Shown one piece after another: positions 1 through 8,889 of a stretch of 50,562 nucleotides of DNA. The translations under genes and the position numbers were made by a program. Numbering within the stretch: the first letter of the stretch is position 1; each line of letters starts with the position of its first letter. Location of the stretch: positions 66,607-117,168 of the forward strand of contig JBBAPZ010000009.1 of NCBI GenBank assembly GCA_040400605.1, in the 5' to 3' direction. The notes below the pieces were generated by a model. The model made no database searches. It was given only the letters and a program-made list of their open reading frames with translations, and was not told the DNA's origin. The stretch comes from Candidatus Sericytochromatia bacterium. GTDB lineage: Bacteria > Cyanobacteriota > Sericytochromatia > S15B-MN24 > JAQBPE01.

Positions 1-44
1 GCCAGTGATGAGGTTATTGTCGATTATGACAAGGAGGAATGACC

Positions 45-755
45 ATGTGGACCATACGACAGGCGCAAGCGCGTGGTCATGCACAGCATGGGTGGCTGAC
101 GAGCTGGCACAGTTTTTCGTTTGCTGATTATCTGGATCCGGCGCACATGCATTTTTCGGCACTGCGGGTGATCAATGAAGACATCGTGGCGCCTGGCAGC
201 GGCTTTGGCATGCATCCACACCGGGATATGGAAATCATCACGGTCATCTTGTCTGGCGTGTTGGAACACCAGGACAGCATGGGCAACAAGGCCCAGATTC
301 GTCCTGGCTTGGTGCAGTATATGAGTGCTGGCACGGGGGTCTTGCATAGCGAGTACAATCCCTCTAAAACAGAGCCGGTACACCTGTTGCAAATCTGGCT
401 GATGCCGAATCGCACTGGGCTGCCTCCGGCCTATGAAGAGCGGCGTTTTGATGACGCCACGCGGCGCGGGCAATTGCAGGTGGTGGCTTCGGCAGATGGT
501 CGAGCGGGCTCGTTCACGATCCGGCAGGATGCAAGCTTGATGGTTGGGCAGTTTGGCAGTGGCGATCGCCTCAGCGTGACGCCAGAGCCCGGACGAAGCA
601 TCTACATCCATTTGGCGACGGGTGAAGCCGAGGTTGCCGCTCACGCCTTGCAAGCGGGCGATGCGCTCATGGCGCATGATGCGCCGGGTTTTGAGATCGT
701 GGGTCTGGCTGAGACTTCAACCGTTCTGGTCTTCGATTTGCCGCCTGTGGGGTGA
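45..755 (+). CDS. Pirin family protein (YhhW-like, bicupin)
   Basis: Pirin motifs HGWLTSWHSFSFADY, LRVINED, GFGMHPHRDMEI, MSAGTGVLHSEYN. SD AAGGAGG at 31-37 favours ATG 45 over ATG 39. Confidence 0.93.
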   Translation: MWTIRQAQARGHAQHGWLTSWHSFSFADYLDPAHMHFSALRVINEDIVAPGSGFGMHPHRDMEIITVILSGVLEHQDSMGNKAQIRPGLVQYMSAGTGVLHSEYNPSKTEPVHLLQIWLMPNRTGLPPAYEERRFDDATRRGQLQVVASADGRAGSFTIRQDASLMVGQFGSGDRLSVTPEPGRSIYIHLATGEAEVAAHALQAGDALMAHDAPGFEIVGLAETSTVLVFDLPPVG

Positions 756-996
756 GCGTGGTTGCAGGATTGAATGCCCGTCAACACTTGTTCAACAATC
801 AAAGCGTTTCGGTATATCTCACCACAACCAGTCATTCAAGACTAAGTGACGTGCCCCACGCGCCTCAATAAGACTTGAATATTCATTCGCGATCATCTAG
901 CATCTCGACTGGGTCAAAAAGAACGGGTGCCAAAAGGATGCTCAAAACGGCAAAAATTGGTGATAAGGAATCCTCTTGGGGGCGTCATATCGATCT

Positions 997-2238
997 TCAC
1001 TTGCCCCACAGACTGGCGATCGGTGCAGCCCAAAGCCTGTCGCCCAGGGGCAGTAGCACGTCACCGTCATACATCAGAATCCCCATTTTGAACTGTTCAC
1101 CCGCCAGATGGGCGAGTTTTTTCAAACCACGCAGATCATTCGCCCTGACGGTAGCCGACGCCTTGACCTCCACACCGACTATCTCACCACGTGGGTTTTC
1201 AATCACCAAATCAACCTCAAACTGTTCGGTGTCCCGATAGCCCATTACCTGATAATCCCCGAGCGCCACCGTTGCGTGTTTGAGCAACTCACCGTACACA
1301 AACGTTTCCAGCACGTTGCCAAAGCGTGTGCGTTCCAACTGAACACCCTCAGCGGTCATGCCAAGCAACACGGCTAGTAAACCGGAATCGATAAACTGCA
1401 ACTTTGGTGTCTTGACAAGCCGTTTCAGCCGATTTCGTGCCCAGACCTCCACACGCCTGAGCAAATACATCTGCTCCAGAATCCCGATGTAACGCGCAAC
1501 GGTCTTTCCGTCAAGCCCAACCTGTCCACCCAGTTCCGTAAACCGGCACAACTGACCCGCCCCTTGGGCCAAGGCACGCAAAAAACGAGGCAAGTGATCC
1601 CGTTTTTCGATACTGGCAATATAGCGAACATCACGCTGAATGATCGCATCCAGATACTGTCTCGCCCAAATGTTCCGACGCTTGACACTACTTCGCGCGC
1701 AAGCCTCCGGATAGCCCCCACGCAACACGCGTTCAACCAACACATCGCCATGGACTGCCACCCGCGGTAAAGGAATGCGTCCCTCAAAGACACAATCAAG
1801 CCAGTTGGTCGAGTGTCCCTCGATTTCACCCTGCGCCAAAGGCAGCAGTGTCAAAGTCTCCATCCTACCTGCCAACGAATCTGCCACTGTTGGCAACAAT
1901 ATGACATTCGCCGAGCCTGTGAGCAAAAAGCGTCCCGGCCGACGATCCTCATCCACAACCTTCTTGATGGCGAGCAGCAACTCGGGCGCACGCTGAACTT
2001 CATCAATCACTGCCCTATCCAAACTCCGGATGAAGCCCACCGGATCCTCACGGGCAGACAAACGCGTCAACTCATCATCCAAGGTCAAATAACGTGCGCC
2101 ACCCTCCGCCATTTGACGCACCAAGGTGGTCTTGCCCGCCTGACGCGGCCCAACCAGCAACACGACCGGCGTGTCTGCCATGGCCTCAACCAAAGGACCT
2201 TCTACCCAGCGTTTATAAAAAGTTGGCACACTCATCAT
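997..2238 (-). CDS. AAA_14 ATPase with DUF4143 domain (ATPase, HTH-like segment, PD-(D/E)XK-like C-terminus)
   Basis: Walker A GPRQAGKTT, Walker B AVIDEVQ, LTGSA, ESLAGR-like DSLAGR, GGYPEA, HTH-like FTELGGQVGLDGKTVARYIGILE, C-terminal EVDLVIE...GVEVK. Confidence 0.92.
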   Translation of the reverse strand: MMSVPTFYKRWVEGPLVEAMADTPVVLLVGPRQAGKTTLVRQMAEGGARYLTLDDELTRLSAREDPVGFIRSLDRAVIDEVQRAPELLLAIKKVVDEDRRPGRFLLTGSANVILLPTVADSLAGRMETLTLLPLAQGEIEGHSTNWLDCVFEGRIPLPRVAVHGDVLVERVLRGGYPEACARSSVKRRNIWARQYLDAIIQRDVRYIASIEKRDHLPRFLRALAQGAGQLCRFTELGGQVGLDGKTVARYIGILEQMYLLRRVEVWARNRLKRLVKTPKLQFIDSGLLAVLLGMTAEGVQLERTRFGNVLETFVYGELLKHATVALGDYQVMGYRDTEQFEVDLVIENPRGEIVGVEVKASATVRANDLRGLKKLAHLAGEQFKMGILMYDGDVLLPLGDRLWAAPIASLWGK

Positions 2239-2251
2239 CGATCCATGCTAC

Positions 2252-2317
2252 CGTAAATTCCGGAATCTATTGATGTAAAATCCGGAATCAGTCGACGTAA
2301 TTTCCGGAATCAGTGAA
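2252..2317. repeat. Three tandem 22-bp repeats with palindromic TCCGGA core; probable operator of the DUF4143 ATPase gene
   Basis: Units cgtaaattccggaatctattga / tgtaaaatccggaatcagtcga / cgtaatttccggaatcagtgaa. They abut a minus-strand -10-like TAGCAT (2245-2250) that lies 6 nt from the ATG. Confidence 0.85.
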
Positions 2318-2487
2318 CCTGTTACCAGGAATAACGATGGCACAACGTGCAAGGTGCAGCGCACTTTAAAGCATCGATACCCATGGTTTGATTCAGACTT
2401 ATCGACACACAAACACCGATGCGGCCGCGTTTTTGATGACCATACTCGACGGTCATATTGCGCCGGTGCACGCAGGATGACGCTGAG

Positions 2488-3021
2488 TCACACGTGTCTC
2501 GCCATGACGATGACCTGATTATCCTGGGTACCCACGACCGTGTGCGTGGTTGCAATCGGCTGATATCCCAACCGGGACCAAAAGCGCCCGGCCGCCCAAT
2601 TACGCTCCACAACCCCTAACCGTAGGGTTTGTGCGCCCAATGCCCGGACCCAGCCAAGCAAGGCCTCATGAACCCTCGCACCCAAACCCTGAGAACGCCA
2701 GGTCGGTCGCAGCAGGAACAGACCCAGATACCACCTGCCCGTATCCGGAAAGTCCCGGATGAGGTCAATCACCCCGTGAAGACATCCGGCGTCATCAAAG
2801 AGTCCGAGCAAAAACTTGTCGTCAAGGGTCTTGCCCGGTGGCAATTCGACATACATTTCATCAGCCGCATTGGGTGTGGGTGGGCCGCCGGTTCCCAGTA
2901 AATAGTAATCAGGACAGGCTTCAAACAGTGCCTGCAAGGCAGATGCATCGGCAACATTCAGGTAGCGGGCGGTCAAGGCATCGCCTTCAAAAAATGACTC
3001 TGCCCCCGGCCCTACAACCAT
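2488..3021 (-). CDS. GNAT family N-acetyltransferase
   Basis: WYLGLFLLRPTWRSQGLG acetyl-CoA motif A; N-x-x-A-x-x-FW-x-x-LGY motif B. Confidence 0.88.
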   Translation of the reverse strand: MVVGPGAESFFEGDALTARYLNVADASALQALFEACPDYYLLGTGGPPTPNAADEMYVELPPGKTLDDKFLLGLFDDAGCLHGVIDLIRDFPDTGRWYLGLFLLRPTWRSQGLGARVHEALLGWVRALGAQTLRLGVVERNWAAGRFWSRLGYQPIATTHTVVGTQDNQVIVMARHV

Positions 3022-3233
3022 CTCACCAACCTTCGAACCGCCAGGAACCGAATCCCGACCTTGCCCAAGGCACGATCGGCTTTCATTGTACTACAGGTGC
3101 GCCACGCTTCGCTATCGACCCTTGCTACCGTGAACACCGGAATCTACAACCGTGAATTCGGGTGTTCAGTCACCCTAAAATTTCAGAACCAAACGGTTTG
3201 AGACACCAGTTAGCGTGAGTCATCGTGAGGATA

Positions 3234-3375
3234 GACAAACGCCAGCAGGCGTTCGCGCTTGACGGCACAGACCGGGCAGGCGTATGGTCGTTTTTGGCAG
3301 GTGCGCCGTCCCCGACAGCCGGCGCCTGCCCGGGAACTGAGAGGTGCGTCTCGCCCGGCGAACGGTTTGTTAGCT
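3234..3375 (+). other. Long imperfect hairpin ending in GTTAGCT; degenerate attC-like element
   Basis: Perfect 11-bp stem CCGGGCAGGCG (3272-3282) / CGCCTGCCCGG (3322-3332). Outer pairing CGTTCGC/GCGAACG and ACAAAC/GTTTGT. GTTAGCT (3369-3375) resembles the attC core GTTRRRY (one mismatch) and is followed directly by the RBS of the next gene. Confidence 0.35.
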
Positions 3376-3388
3376 GAAGGAGCCCACG

Positions 3389-3682
3389 GTGAATCCATCC
3401 AGGGTTGATCGCGCTAATTTGAAACGCCTGACAGACTTGCCCAATGTCGGCGGGGCAACAGCCAGAGATTTGCGACTTCTCGGTTACCTGAAACCCGATG
3501 ACATTGCTGGACACTGTCCGCTTGATATGTATGAACGCCTTTGTAAAATCACGGGTGAACAACATGACCCGTGCGTCATTGACGTATTCGCATCAATCAC
3601 CGAGTTTCTGGATGGCAAACCACCACGTCCGTGGTGGGAGTTCACGCCTAACAGAAAGAACCAGAACATGAAAGACTCGTGA
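3389..3682 (+). CDS. Cdd1-family helix-hairpin-helix protein (often annotated mitomycin resistance protein)
   Basis: LTDLPNVGGATARDLRLLG HhH motif, MYERLC, HDPCVIDVF, PWWEFT. SD AAGGAG before GTG. Confidence 0.85.
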   Translation: MNPSRVDRANLKRLTDLPNVGGATARDLRLLGYLKPDDIAGHCPLDMYERLCKITGEQHDPCVIDVFASITEFLDGKPPRPWWEFTPNRKNQNMKDS

Positions 3683-3683
3683 A

Positions 3684-4076
3684 ATGAAATTTGGCTATAC
3701 GATCATCTACGTGAATTCCGTACCTGAAACGCTGACTTTCTATGAAAAAGCCTTCGGATTCAAGTCCCGATTTCTGCACGAATCAGGTACGTACGGGGAA
3801 CTGGATACCGGCACAACGTCACTTGCTTTCGCATCATTTGAACTGGCACAGGCCAACTTTGGGGATAACTATGCCCGTGTAAGCCCAAAAGAATCGCCAC
3901 CGGGGATTGAACTGGCATTTGTCACCGAAAATGTGTCGTTGGCTTATCAAAGGGCGGTTGACTGTGGCGCGTACCCCATTCAGGCGCCTGTAGAAAAACC
4001 GTGGGGGCAGCGCGTCGCTTATGTACGCGCCTTGGAGGGGACATTGATTGAACTCTGCTCCCCCATGAATGTTTAG
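3684..4076 (+). CDS. VOC/glyoxalase family protein
   Basis: YTIIYV...FYEKAFG, YGELDTG, KPWGQRVAYVR...LIELC. Confidence 0.92.
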   Translation: MKFGYTIIYVNSVPETLTFYEKAFGFKSRFLHESGTYGELDTGTTSLAFASFELAQANFGDNYARVSPKESPPGIELAFVTENVSLAYQRAVDCGAYPIQAPVEKPWGQRVAYVRALEGTLIELCSPMNV

Positions 4077-4197
4077 AAAATGTCGCTGGCGGGCTGGGTT
4101 ATGCGTTATGACAGGATCGATGCCCGTTGCGCGCACCCGAATGGACCTGCAAACGCAAAAAGCGGTTGACAGCACACTCGCTTTGAAAGGATAGCCT

Positions 4198-5493
4198 GTG
4201 AAAAAACTCGGGTGGGTGGTACTGGTGGCCGCCGTTTGGGTCCCTTGCGCAATGGCTCCGGTGAGGGCGGTCAGCACGCAAGCCCCGCAAGCGCGATTGC
4301 TTGGGCGGGCGATCGTCCCTGCGGGAACCTTCTTGCCGGGACCCACCAGTGGTCAATTTTTGGGGTCTGCGCCCATCAACGGGGTGTTGCCGCCTTTTCG
4401 CAACAAACAGCCCGTTCAGGGATTTTCTGCGATGGTTTCGGATGGTAAAACCGGCGTGTGGGTACTGGGAGACAATGGCTTTGGCAAGGCCGGCAATTCG
4501 GCCGATGCGCGCTTGCGGGTGTATCACCTGAAACCGGACTGGTCGGGTCGCGCGCGGCCAGGGGCAGTTGCTGTGCTTGAAACCTTCGATTTGCGGGATC
4601 CGGATCGGTTTTTGCCCTATCCGCTGGCCAATCCTGAGGACCCGGATCGTTATCTGAGCGGGGCTGATCTCGACACGGAATCGTTTCAACGCATGACAGA
4701 TGGCACGTGGTGGATCGGGGATGAACTCGGGCCGTTTCTGGTGCATGTGGATGCCAAAGGCGTTGTGCTGGCGCCACCCGTTCGCTTGCCGCTGGATGGT
4801 CTGGCAGGGCCCGAGGTGCGATCGCCCGACTCACCCTTCGAACGGTATCCTGTGTCAACCAGCGGTACCGTTCGGGCATCGGTCCAGCCAGGCACATCAA
4901 GAATTCCGACGGTGACGATACGTACCCAGTTTTCTGGTGGATTCGAGGGAATGGCACTCTCACCGGATGGTCACACCCTGTATCCGATGCTCGAAAAGCC
5001 ATTACCCGATGCCAAGAATCGCCTGCTGCCAATCTATCGCTTTGATGTGCGCCAGTCGCGTTACACCGGCATTTGGGCTTTTTACCCGATGGAGGCGTCA
5101 ACCACTTCGGTCGCGGATTTTGTTCTGGTGTCCGCGACGCGGGGACTGGTCATCGAAAGGGATGATCGCGAAGGGGATCTTGGCGCCATCAAACGGGTGT
5201 ACCGCCTGGACTGGCAGGGGGAGGGCAAAGCAGTCAAAAAAACCCTGCTGGCAGACCTGATGGCGATCGCCGACCCCCAAAAGCTTGCGGGCGCACCTCG
5301 CCCCGGCGATATTGGCATACAAAATCCCTTCGCGTTACCATTTTTCACGATTGAAGGTCTTTTACCTCTGGGGACACAGGAACTGGGCGTGGTAACGGAT
5401 AATAACTACCCATTCAGTGCAGGCCGACACCCCAAACCACCGCGCCCGGATGACACGGAGTTTGTACGCATCCGGCTTGGCTCGTCGTTTTGA
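4198..5493 (+). CDS. Secreted phytase-like (esterase-like activity of phytase) protein, copy 1
   Basis: Signal peptide; QPVQGFS, DNGFG, DLDTES, WIGDELGP, GFEGMA, IEG, DNNYP motifs. Confidence 0.85.
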   Translation: MKKLGWVVLVAAVWVPCAMAPVRAVSTQAPQARLLGRAIVPAGTFLPGPTSGQFLGSAPINGVLPPFRNKQPVQGFSAMVSDGKTGVWVLGDNGFGKAGNSADARLRVYHLKPDWSGRARPGAVAVLETFDLRDPDRFLPYPLANPEDPDRYLSGADLDTESFQRMTDGTWWIGDELGPFLVHVDAKGVVLAPPVRLPLDGLAGPEVRSPDSPFERYPVSTSGTVRASVQPGTSRIPTVTIRTQFSGGFEGMALSPDGHTLYPMLEKPLPDAKNRLLPIYRFDVRQSRYTGIWAFYPMEASTTSVADFVLVSATRGLVIERDDREGDLGAIKRVYRLDWQGEGKAVKKTLLADLMAIADPQKLAGAPRPGDIGIQNPFALPFFTIEGLLPLGTQELGVVTDNNYPFSAGRHPKPPRPDDTEFVRIRLGSSF

Positions 5494-5509
5494 ACAGCAT
5501 CAAAACGAC
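5484..5509 (+). terminator. Stem-loop overlapping the stop codon of phytase-like copy 1
   Basis: GTCGTTTTGA-acagca-TCAAAACGAC, perfect 10-bp stem. A homologous stem follows copy 2 at about 10174-10195. No U-tract. Confidence 0.4.
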
Positions 5510-5759
5510 AGAAATCATCAGTGACCCACATGGCTTGAGCGCAAGGTGGCAAGCAGAAAAATAATTAAGACGACTCATTGGTTACGCCATCCATCAATTT
5601 TCCTGATTGTTTGTTAACTTTTAGTAACATTCTGCGGCCGCTGGCGGCATCGTTGGTTCATTTTCCCATTCGGTGCTGTCGCTGTACGCTGGTCTAATCA
5701 GCCAAACTGATGATTCACTGGTTCCGTTCCAGGTTTAGGTACAACACAAGTCGGTTAAT

Positions 5760-5787
5760 TTAAGGTTGGGCGCTTGTCTTTCGAAAC
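5760..5787 (+). promoter_or_regulatory. Sigma28-like promoter candidate
   Basis: TTAAGGTT-N12-TTCGAAAC versus the FliA/SigD consensus TAAAGTTT-N11/12-GCCGATAA. Confidence 0.35.
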
Positions 5788-5815
5788 ATTCTGATCAACC
5801 CGCAAGGAGACGGCA

Positions 5816-7072
5816 ATGGGTGACAAGTTCAAAACCCCGAGCAGCCAACCCAAAAATATGCTACTCGGGCCGCGGTCATCCCCTAGCCCGAAAGCCAGGC
5901 CGGATTCTAACGGGAAAACCATCGACGCCAAACCAGCCGGTCAAAAACCCCGAAAAATCAATGTAGACGTGGTGCATATGAGAACGGGTGCACAACGGTC
6001 TCACATGAAACTCGGTCCTTTAGAGGAATACAAGAACGCAACTGCCATCCAGTTAGCGCCGAACGCGGGAAGTGATCATGTTGTTGAGAGAACCGCGGCC
6101 AATCCTCTGGGCCCGTCTTCGGACCAGACGTCGAAACGCAATGCGGCGGTACGCAAAAATATCGCAGCCGTCAACCCGCGTATCGAAAAACTTGCCAATG
6201 AAGCACTCGACAGGATGGCCCCTGCTGACAGAAAGAAAGCGGAGGCAGTGCGCCGGGCGATTGCGGGAGATGATGGTCCGGCAAAAACGGCGCTCAATAC
6301 GCTTCTTGCCGAGGGCAAGCTGACGACGGGGGAGTCGAACAAAAATGGTCGCAAACTGCTTGATGCGTTGCATGATGTGCAGCAACGTTCCAATCGACCG
6401 CCGTATTTTTTGGGCGATGTGATCCAGGAGGTGGTCGACCCGACTTCAATCGGGCAAGAATCCAGAGGCACGTGCGCCGCAGCGACGGCCCAGACCTTAC
6501 TGGCGCGCAGCAATCCTGCGGAATACGTGCGGTTGGTGGGTGATCTGGTGACTCAGGGCAAAACCAGTCTGATGGATGGGACGACTGTCAAGGCTGCCCC
6601 GGGGATTCTTCCTGTCCCGAGCAAGTCTGCTAATAGCAGCAATCGTACAGACTCGTCGGTTGCATTTCAGGACTCGATGACCTTGCATTTCAGCAAGGGA
6701 GAACGACTGGAAGGCCTGAAGGGCGGCGAATTTGATGCCATGCTGGAAGCTGTGACAGGCCGGAAATGGGATAAGTCAAAACCGGAAGGGCTAGGATTGA
6801 CGTTTCAGAAAGCCGTTCAGTGGACCGTCAACCGACATTTTGGGGATGACATGGTCGGGCCTTTGACGCGCGCCTATGAAAAAGGTGCTCGAAACATACC
6901 GTTTTCATTCCTTAAAGACAATGTCAAGCACGCGGTTTTGCTTACTGAAATACGGAAAAGCCCCAGCGGAGAACGAAATTTCGTTTTTATCGATCCACAA
7001 GGCCAGCAGAGTTCTCTCAAAGAGTCTCAACTTCGGCAAAACATCACAGCTGTTCATACGCCGGGATCCTAG
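5816..7072 (+). CDS. Hypothetical protein with putative papain-fold cysteine peptidase domain
   Basis: 418-aa ORF with SD AAGGAG. Disordered P/S/K-rich N-terminus. Q-x5-C (GQESRGTCAAA), HAVLL and FIDPQG occur in papain catalytic order. Confidence 0.7.
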   Translation: MGDKFKTPSSQPKNMLLGPRSSPSPKARPDSNGKTIDAKPAGQKPRKINVDVVHMRTGAQRSHMKLGPLEEYKNATAIQLAPNAGSDHVVERTAANPLGPSSDQTSKRNAAVRKNIAAVNPRIEKLANEALDRMAPADRKKAEAVRRAIAGDDGPAKTALNTLLAEGKLTTGESNKNGRKLLDALHDVQQRSNRPPYFLGDVIQEVVDPTSIGQESRGTCAAATAQTLLARSNPAEYVRLVGDLVTQGKTSLMDGTTVKAAPGILPVPSKSANSSNRTDSSVAFQDSMTLHFSKGERLEGLKGGEFDAMLEAVTGRKWDKSKPEGLGLTFQKAVQWTVNRHFGDDMVGPLTRAYEKGARNIPFSFLKDNVKHAVLLTEIRKSPSGERNFVFIDPQGQQSSLKESQLRQNITAVHTPGS

Positions 7073-7073
7073 C

Positions 7074-7217
7074 ACCCCATTCCTCAGAAGGTCAGCTCGC
7101 TCTCCGGCAAGCAAGATCCGGAGGGTCAAAACAGCCACAAGAGACTGTCATCATCAACAGTTTCCGACATAGAGCCGTTACAACCGCCAGGCAAGTTGCA
7201 AATGTCAGGAATGGGGT
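7074..7217. repeat. 144-bp segment bounded by 11-bp perfect inverted repeats (MITE-like)
   Basis: ACCCCATTCCT (7074-7084) and AGGAATGGGGT (7207-7217). No clear target-site duplication. Confidence 0.35.
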
Positions 7218-7392
7218 CGGCGTCCCAAAACCCGAGGGCCACGGCGTCGTGAGGAGCGCATTAACCTGAAAGCAAACCCCAAAAAAACAGACCGAGGTTG
7301 AATTCGGCGGGATCACCCGACGGTGCTCCCACCGGCTCTGCTACAATGACGCGCATCAACAACGGCTCGCGCGCGTCATGAAAGAGGGTGTG

Positions 7393-8889
7393 ATGCAAGA
7401 CTGTATTCTGGCCATCGATCAAGGCACCACTGGTTCTACCGTCATACTCTTTGACACAGATGGCCGTGTCGTGGGACGGGGCTATCAAGAATTTCCGCAG
7501 CACTTCCCGCAACCGGGCTGGGTCGAGCATGACGCCAACGAAATTCTGGAGGCAACCCTTAACGCGCTTGCCACCTGTATGGAATCGGTGGCAACATCGG
7601 TTACCATCATAGGCATTGGGATCACCAATCAGCGGGAGACCTGCCTGTTGTGGGATCGCGCGACCGGCCGGCCTGTGCACAAGGCGATCGTCTGGCAGTG
7701 CCGCCGTACGGCATCACGCTGCGCCGAACTGGTGGCAAGCGGATTGGAAACAATCGTTCGCGAGAAAACGGGTCTCGTTCTGGACGCCTATTTTTCTGGC
7801 ACCAAACTGCAGTGGCTGCTCGAATCCGACCCCGACATCCGGGCACGCGCCGAACGCAACGAACTGGCCTTTGGAACCATTGATACGTGGTTGCTGTGGC
7901 ATCTCACGGGTGGCACGGTGCACGCGACCGATGTGACCAATGCCAGTCGCACGATGCTCTTCAACCTGCATCGTCTCAATTGGGATGAAGAGTTGTTGCA
8001 CACATTGGGGATTCCTGCGTGCATCTTGCCCGAGGTCAAACCCAGTGGCGGTTTGTTCGGGCATACGGTTGCCATCGGGGGGTTACAGGCGGGTATTCCT
8101 GTCTTGGCGGTGGCTGGGGATCAACACGCGGCCTTGTTTGGACAGGGGTGTTTTACACCGGGGCAAGCCAAAAACACCTATGGCACCGGTTGCTTCATGC
8201 TCATGAATACGGGAACGGAAGTGGTTGTCAGCCAGAATCGGCTGCTGACCACCTTGGGGTGGCAACTGGCGGGTCAGGCACCTGTGTATGCGCTCGAAGG
8301 CAGCGTGTTTATGGCGGGTGCCGTGATTCAGTGGTTACGGGATGGCTTGGGGCTCATTCAAGATGCTGCCGAAAGTGAAAGTCTGGCAGCCCAGGTCGCT
8401 GATAACGGTGGGGTGGTCGTGGTCCCAGCCTTCGTGGGCTTGGGTGCGCCCTATTGGGATGGCTTTGCGCGCGCGGCGATCTTGGGGCTGACGCGTGGGG
8501 CGACCAAGGCTCACATTGCGCGGGCGAGCCTGGAGGCGATCGCCTACCAGAGCCGCGACCTCCTCGATGCCATGGTCCGCGACAGTGGCGTGACACTCGC
8601 AGAACTCAAAGTCGACGGCGGCGCCACGGCCAACCACTTGCTGATGCAGTTTCAGGCCGATATCCTCGGGGTACCTGTCGTGCGTGACGCGATGGTCGAA
8701 GCCACCGCCTGGGGGGTTGCCGCAATGGCAGGTGTTATGCAGGGGCGCTGGCGCCTCGATGACCTTGCCCACCTGAAACAGGGCGTGATACGTTTCACGC
8801 CAGCCATGCGCGAGACCGAGCGCAGCCGCCTTTACGCGACTTGGCAAAAGGCTATCAACCGCACACTTGGCTGGGAGCAAAGCCTGTGA
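7393..8889 (+). CDS. glpK: Glycerol kinase
   Basis: AIDQGTTG, GWVEHD, GITNQRET, IVWQCRRT, YFSGTK, TDVTNASRT, GDQ, KNTYGTG, LGAPYWD, VDGG. Confidence 0.97.
   Translation: MQDCILAIDQGTTGSTVILFDTDGRVVGRGYQEFPQHFPQPGWVEHDANEILEATLNALATCMESVATSVTIIGIGITNQRETCLLWDRATGRPVHKAIVWQCRRTASRCAELVASGLETIVREKTGLVLDAYFSGTKLQWLLESDPDIRARAERNELAFGTIDTWLLWHLTGGTVHATDVTNASRTMLFNLHRLNWDEELLHTLGIPACILPEVKPSGGLFGHTVAIGGLQAGIPVLAVAGDQHAALFGQGCFTPGQAKNTYGTGCFMLMNTGTEVVVSQNRLLTTLGWQLAGQAPVYALEGSVFMAGAVIQWLRDGLGLIQDAAESESLAAQVADNGGVVVVPAFVGLGAPYWDGFARAAILGLTRGATKAHIARASLEAIAYQSRDLLDAMVRDSGVTLAELKVDGGATANHLLMQFQADILGVPVVRDAMVEATAWGVAAMAGVMQGRWRLDDLAHLKQGVIRFTPAMRETERSRLYATWQKAINRTLGWEQSL

Noticed and set aside
2252..2317. 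Possible mini CRISPR array
   Set aside because: The repeats are contiguous 22-mers with no unique spacers, and no cas genes are present.
3646..3652. GCCTAAC as the attC inverse core closing the cdd1 cassette
   Set aside because: It lies within coding sequence (FTPNRK), and no hairpin or matching core follows.
5612..5629. Near-palindrome TGTTAACTTTTAGTAACA, with a similar string near 38801
   Set aside because: It could be a regulator site, but it matches no consensus I can name confidently and the similarity is short and AT-rich.
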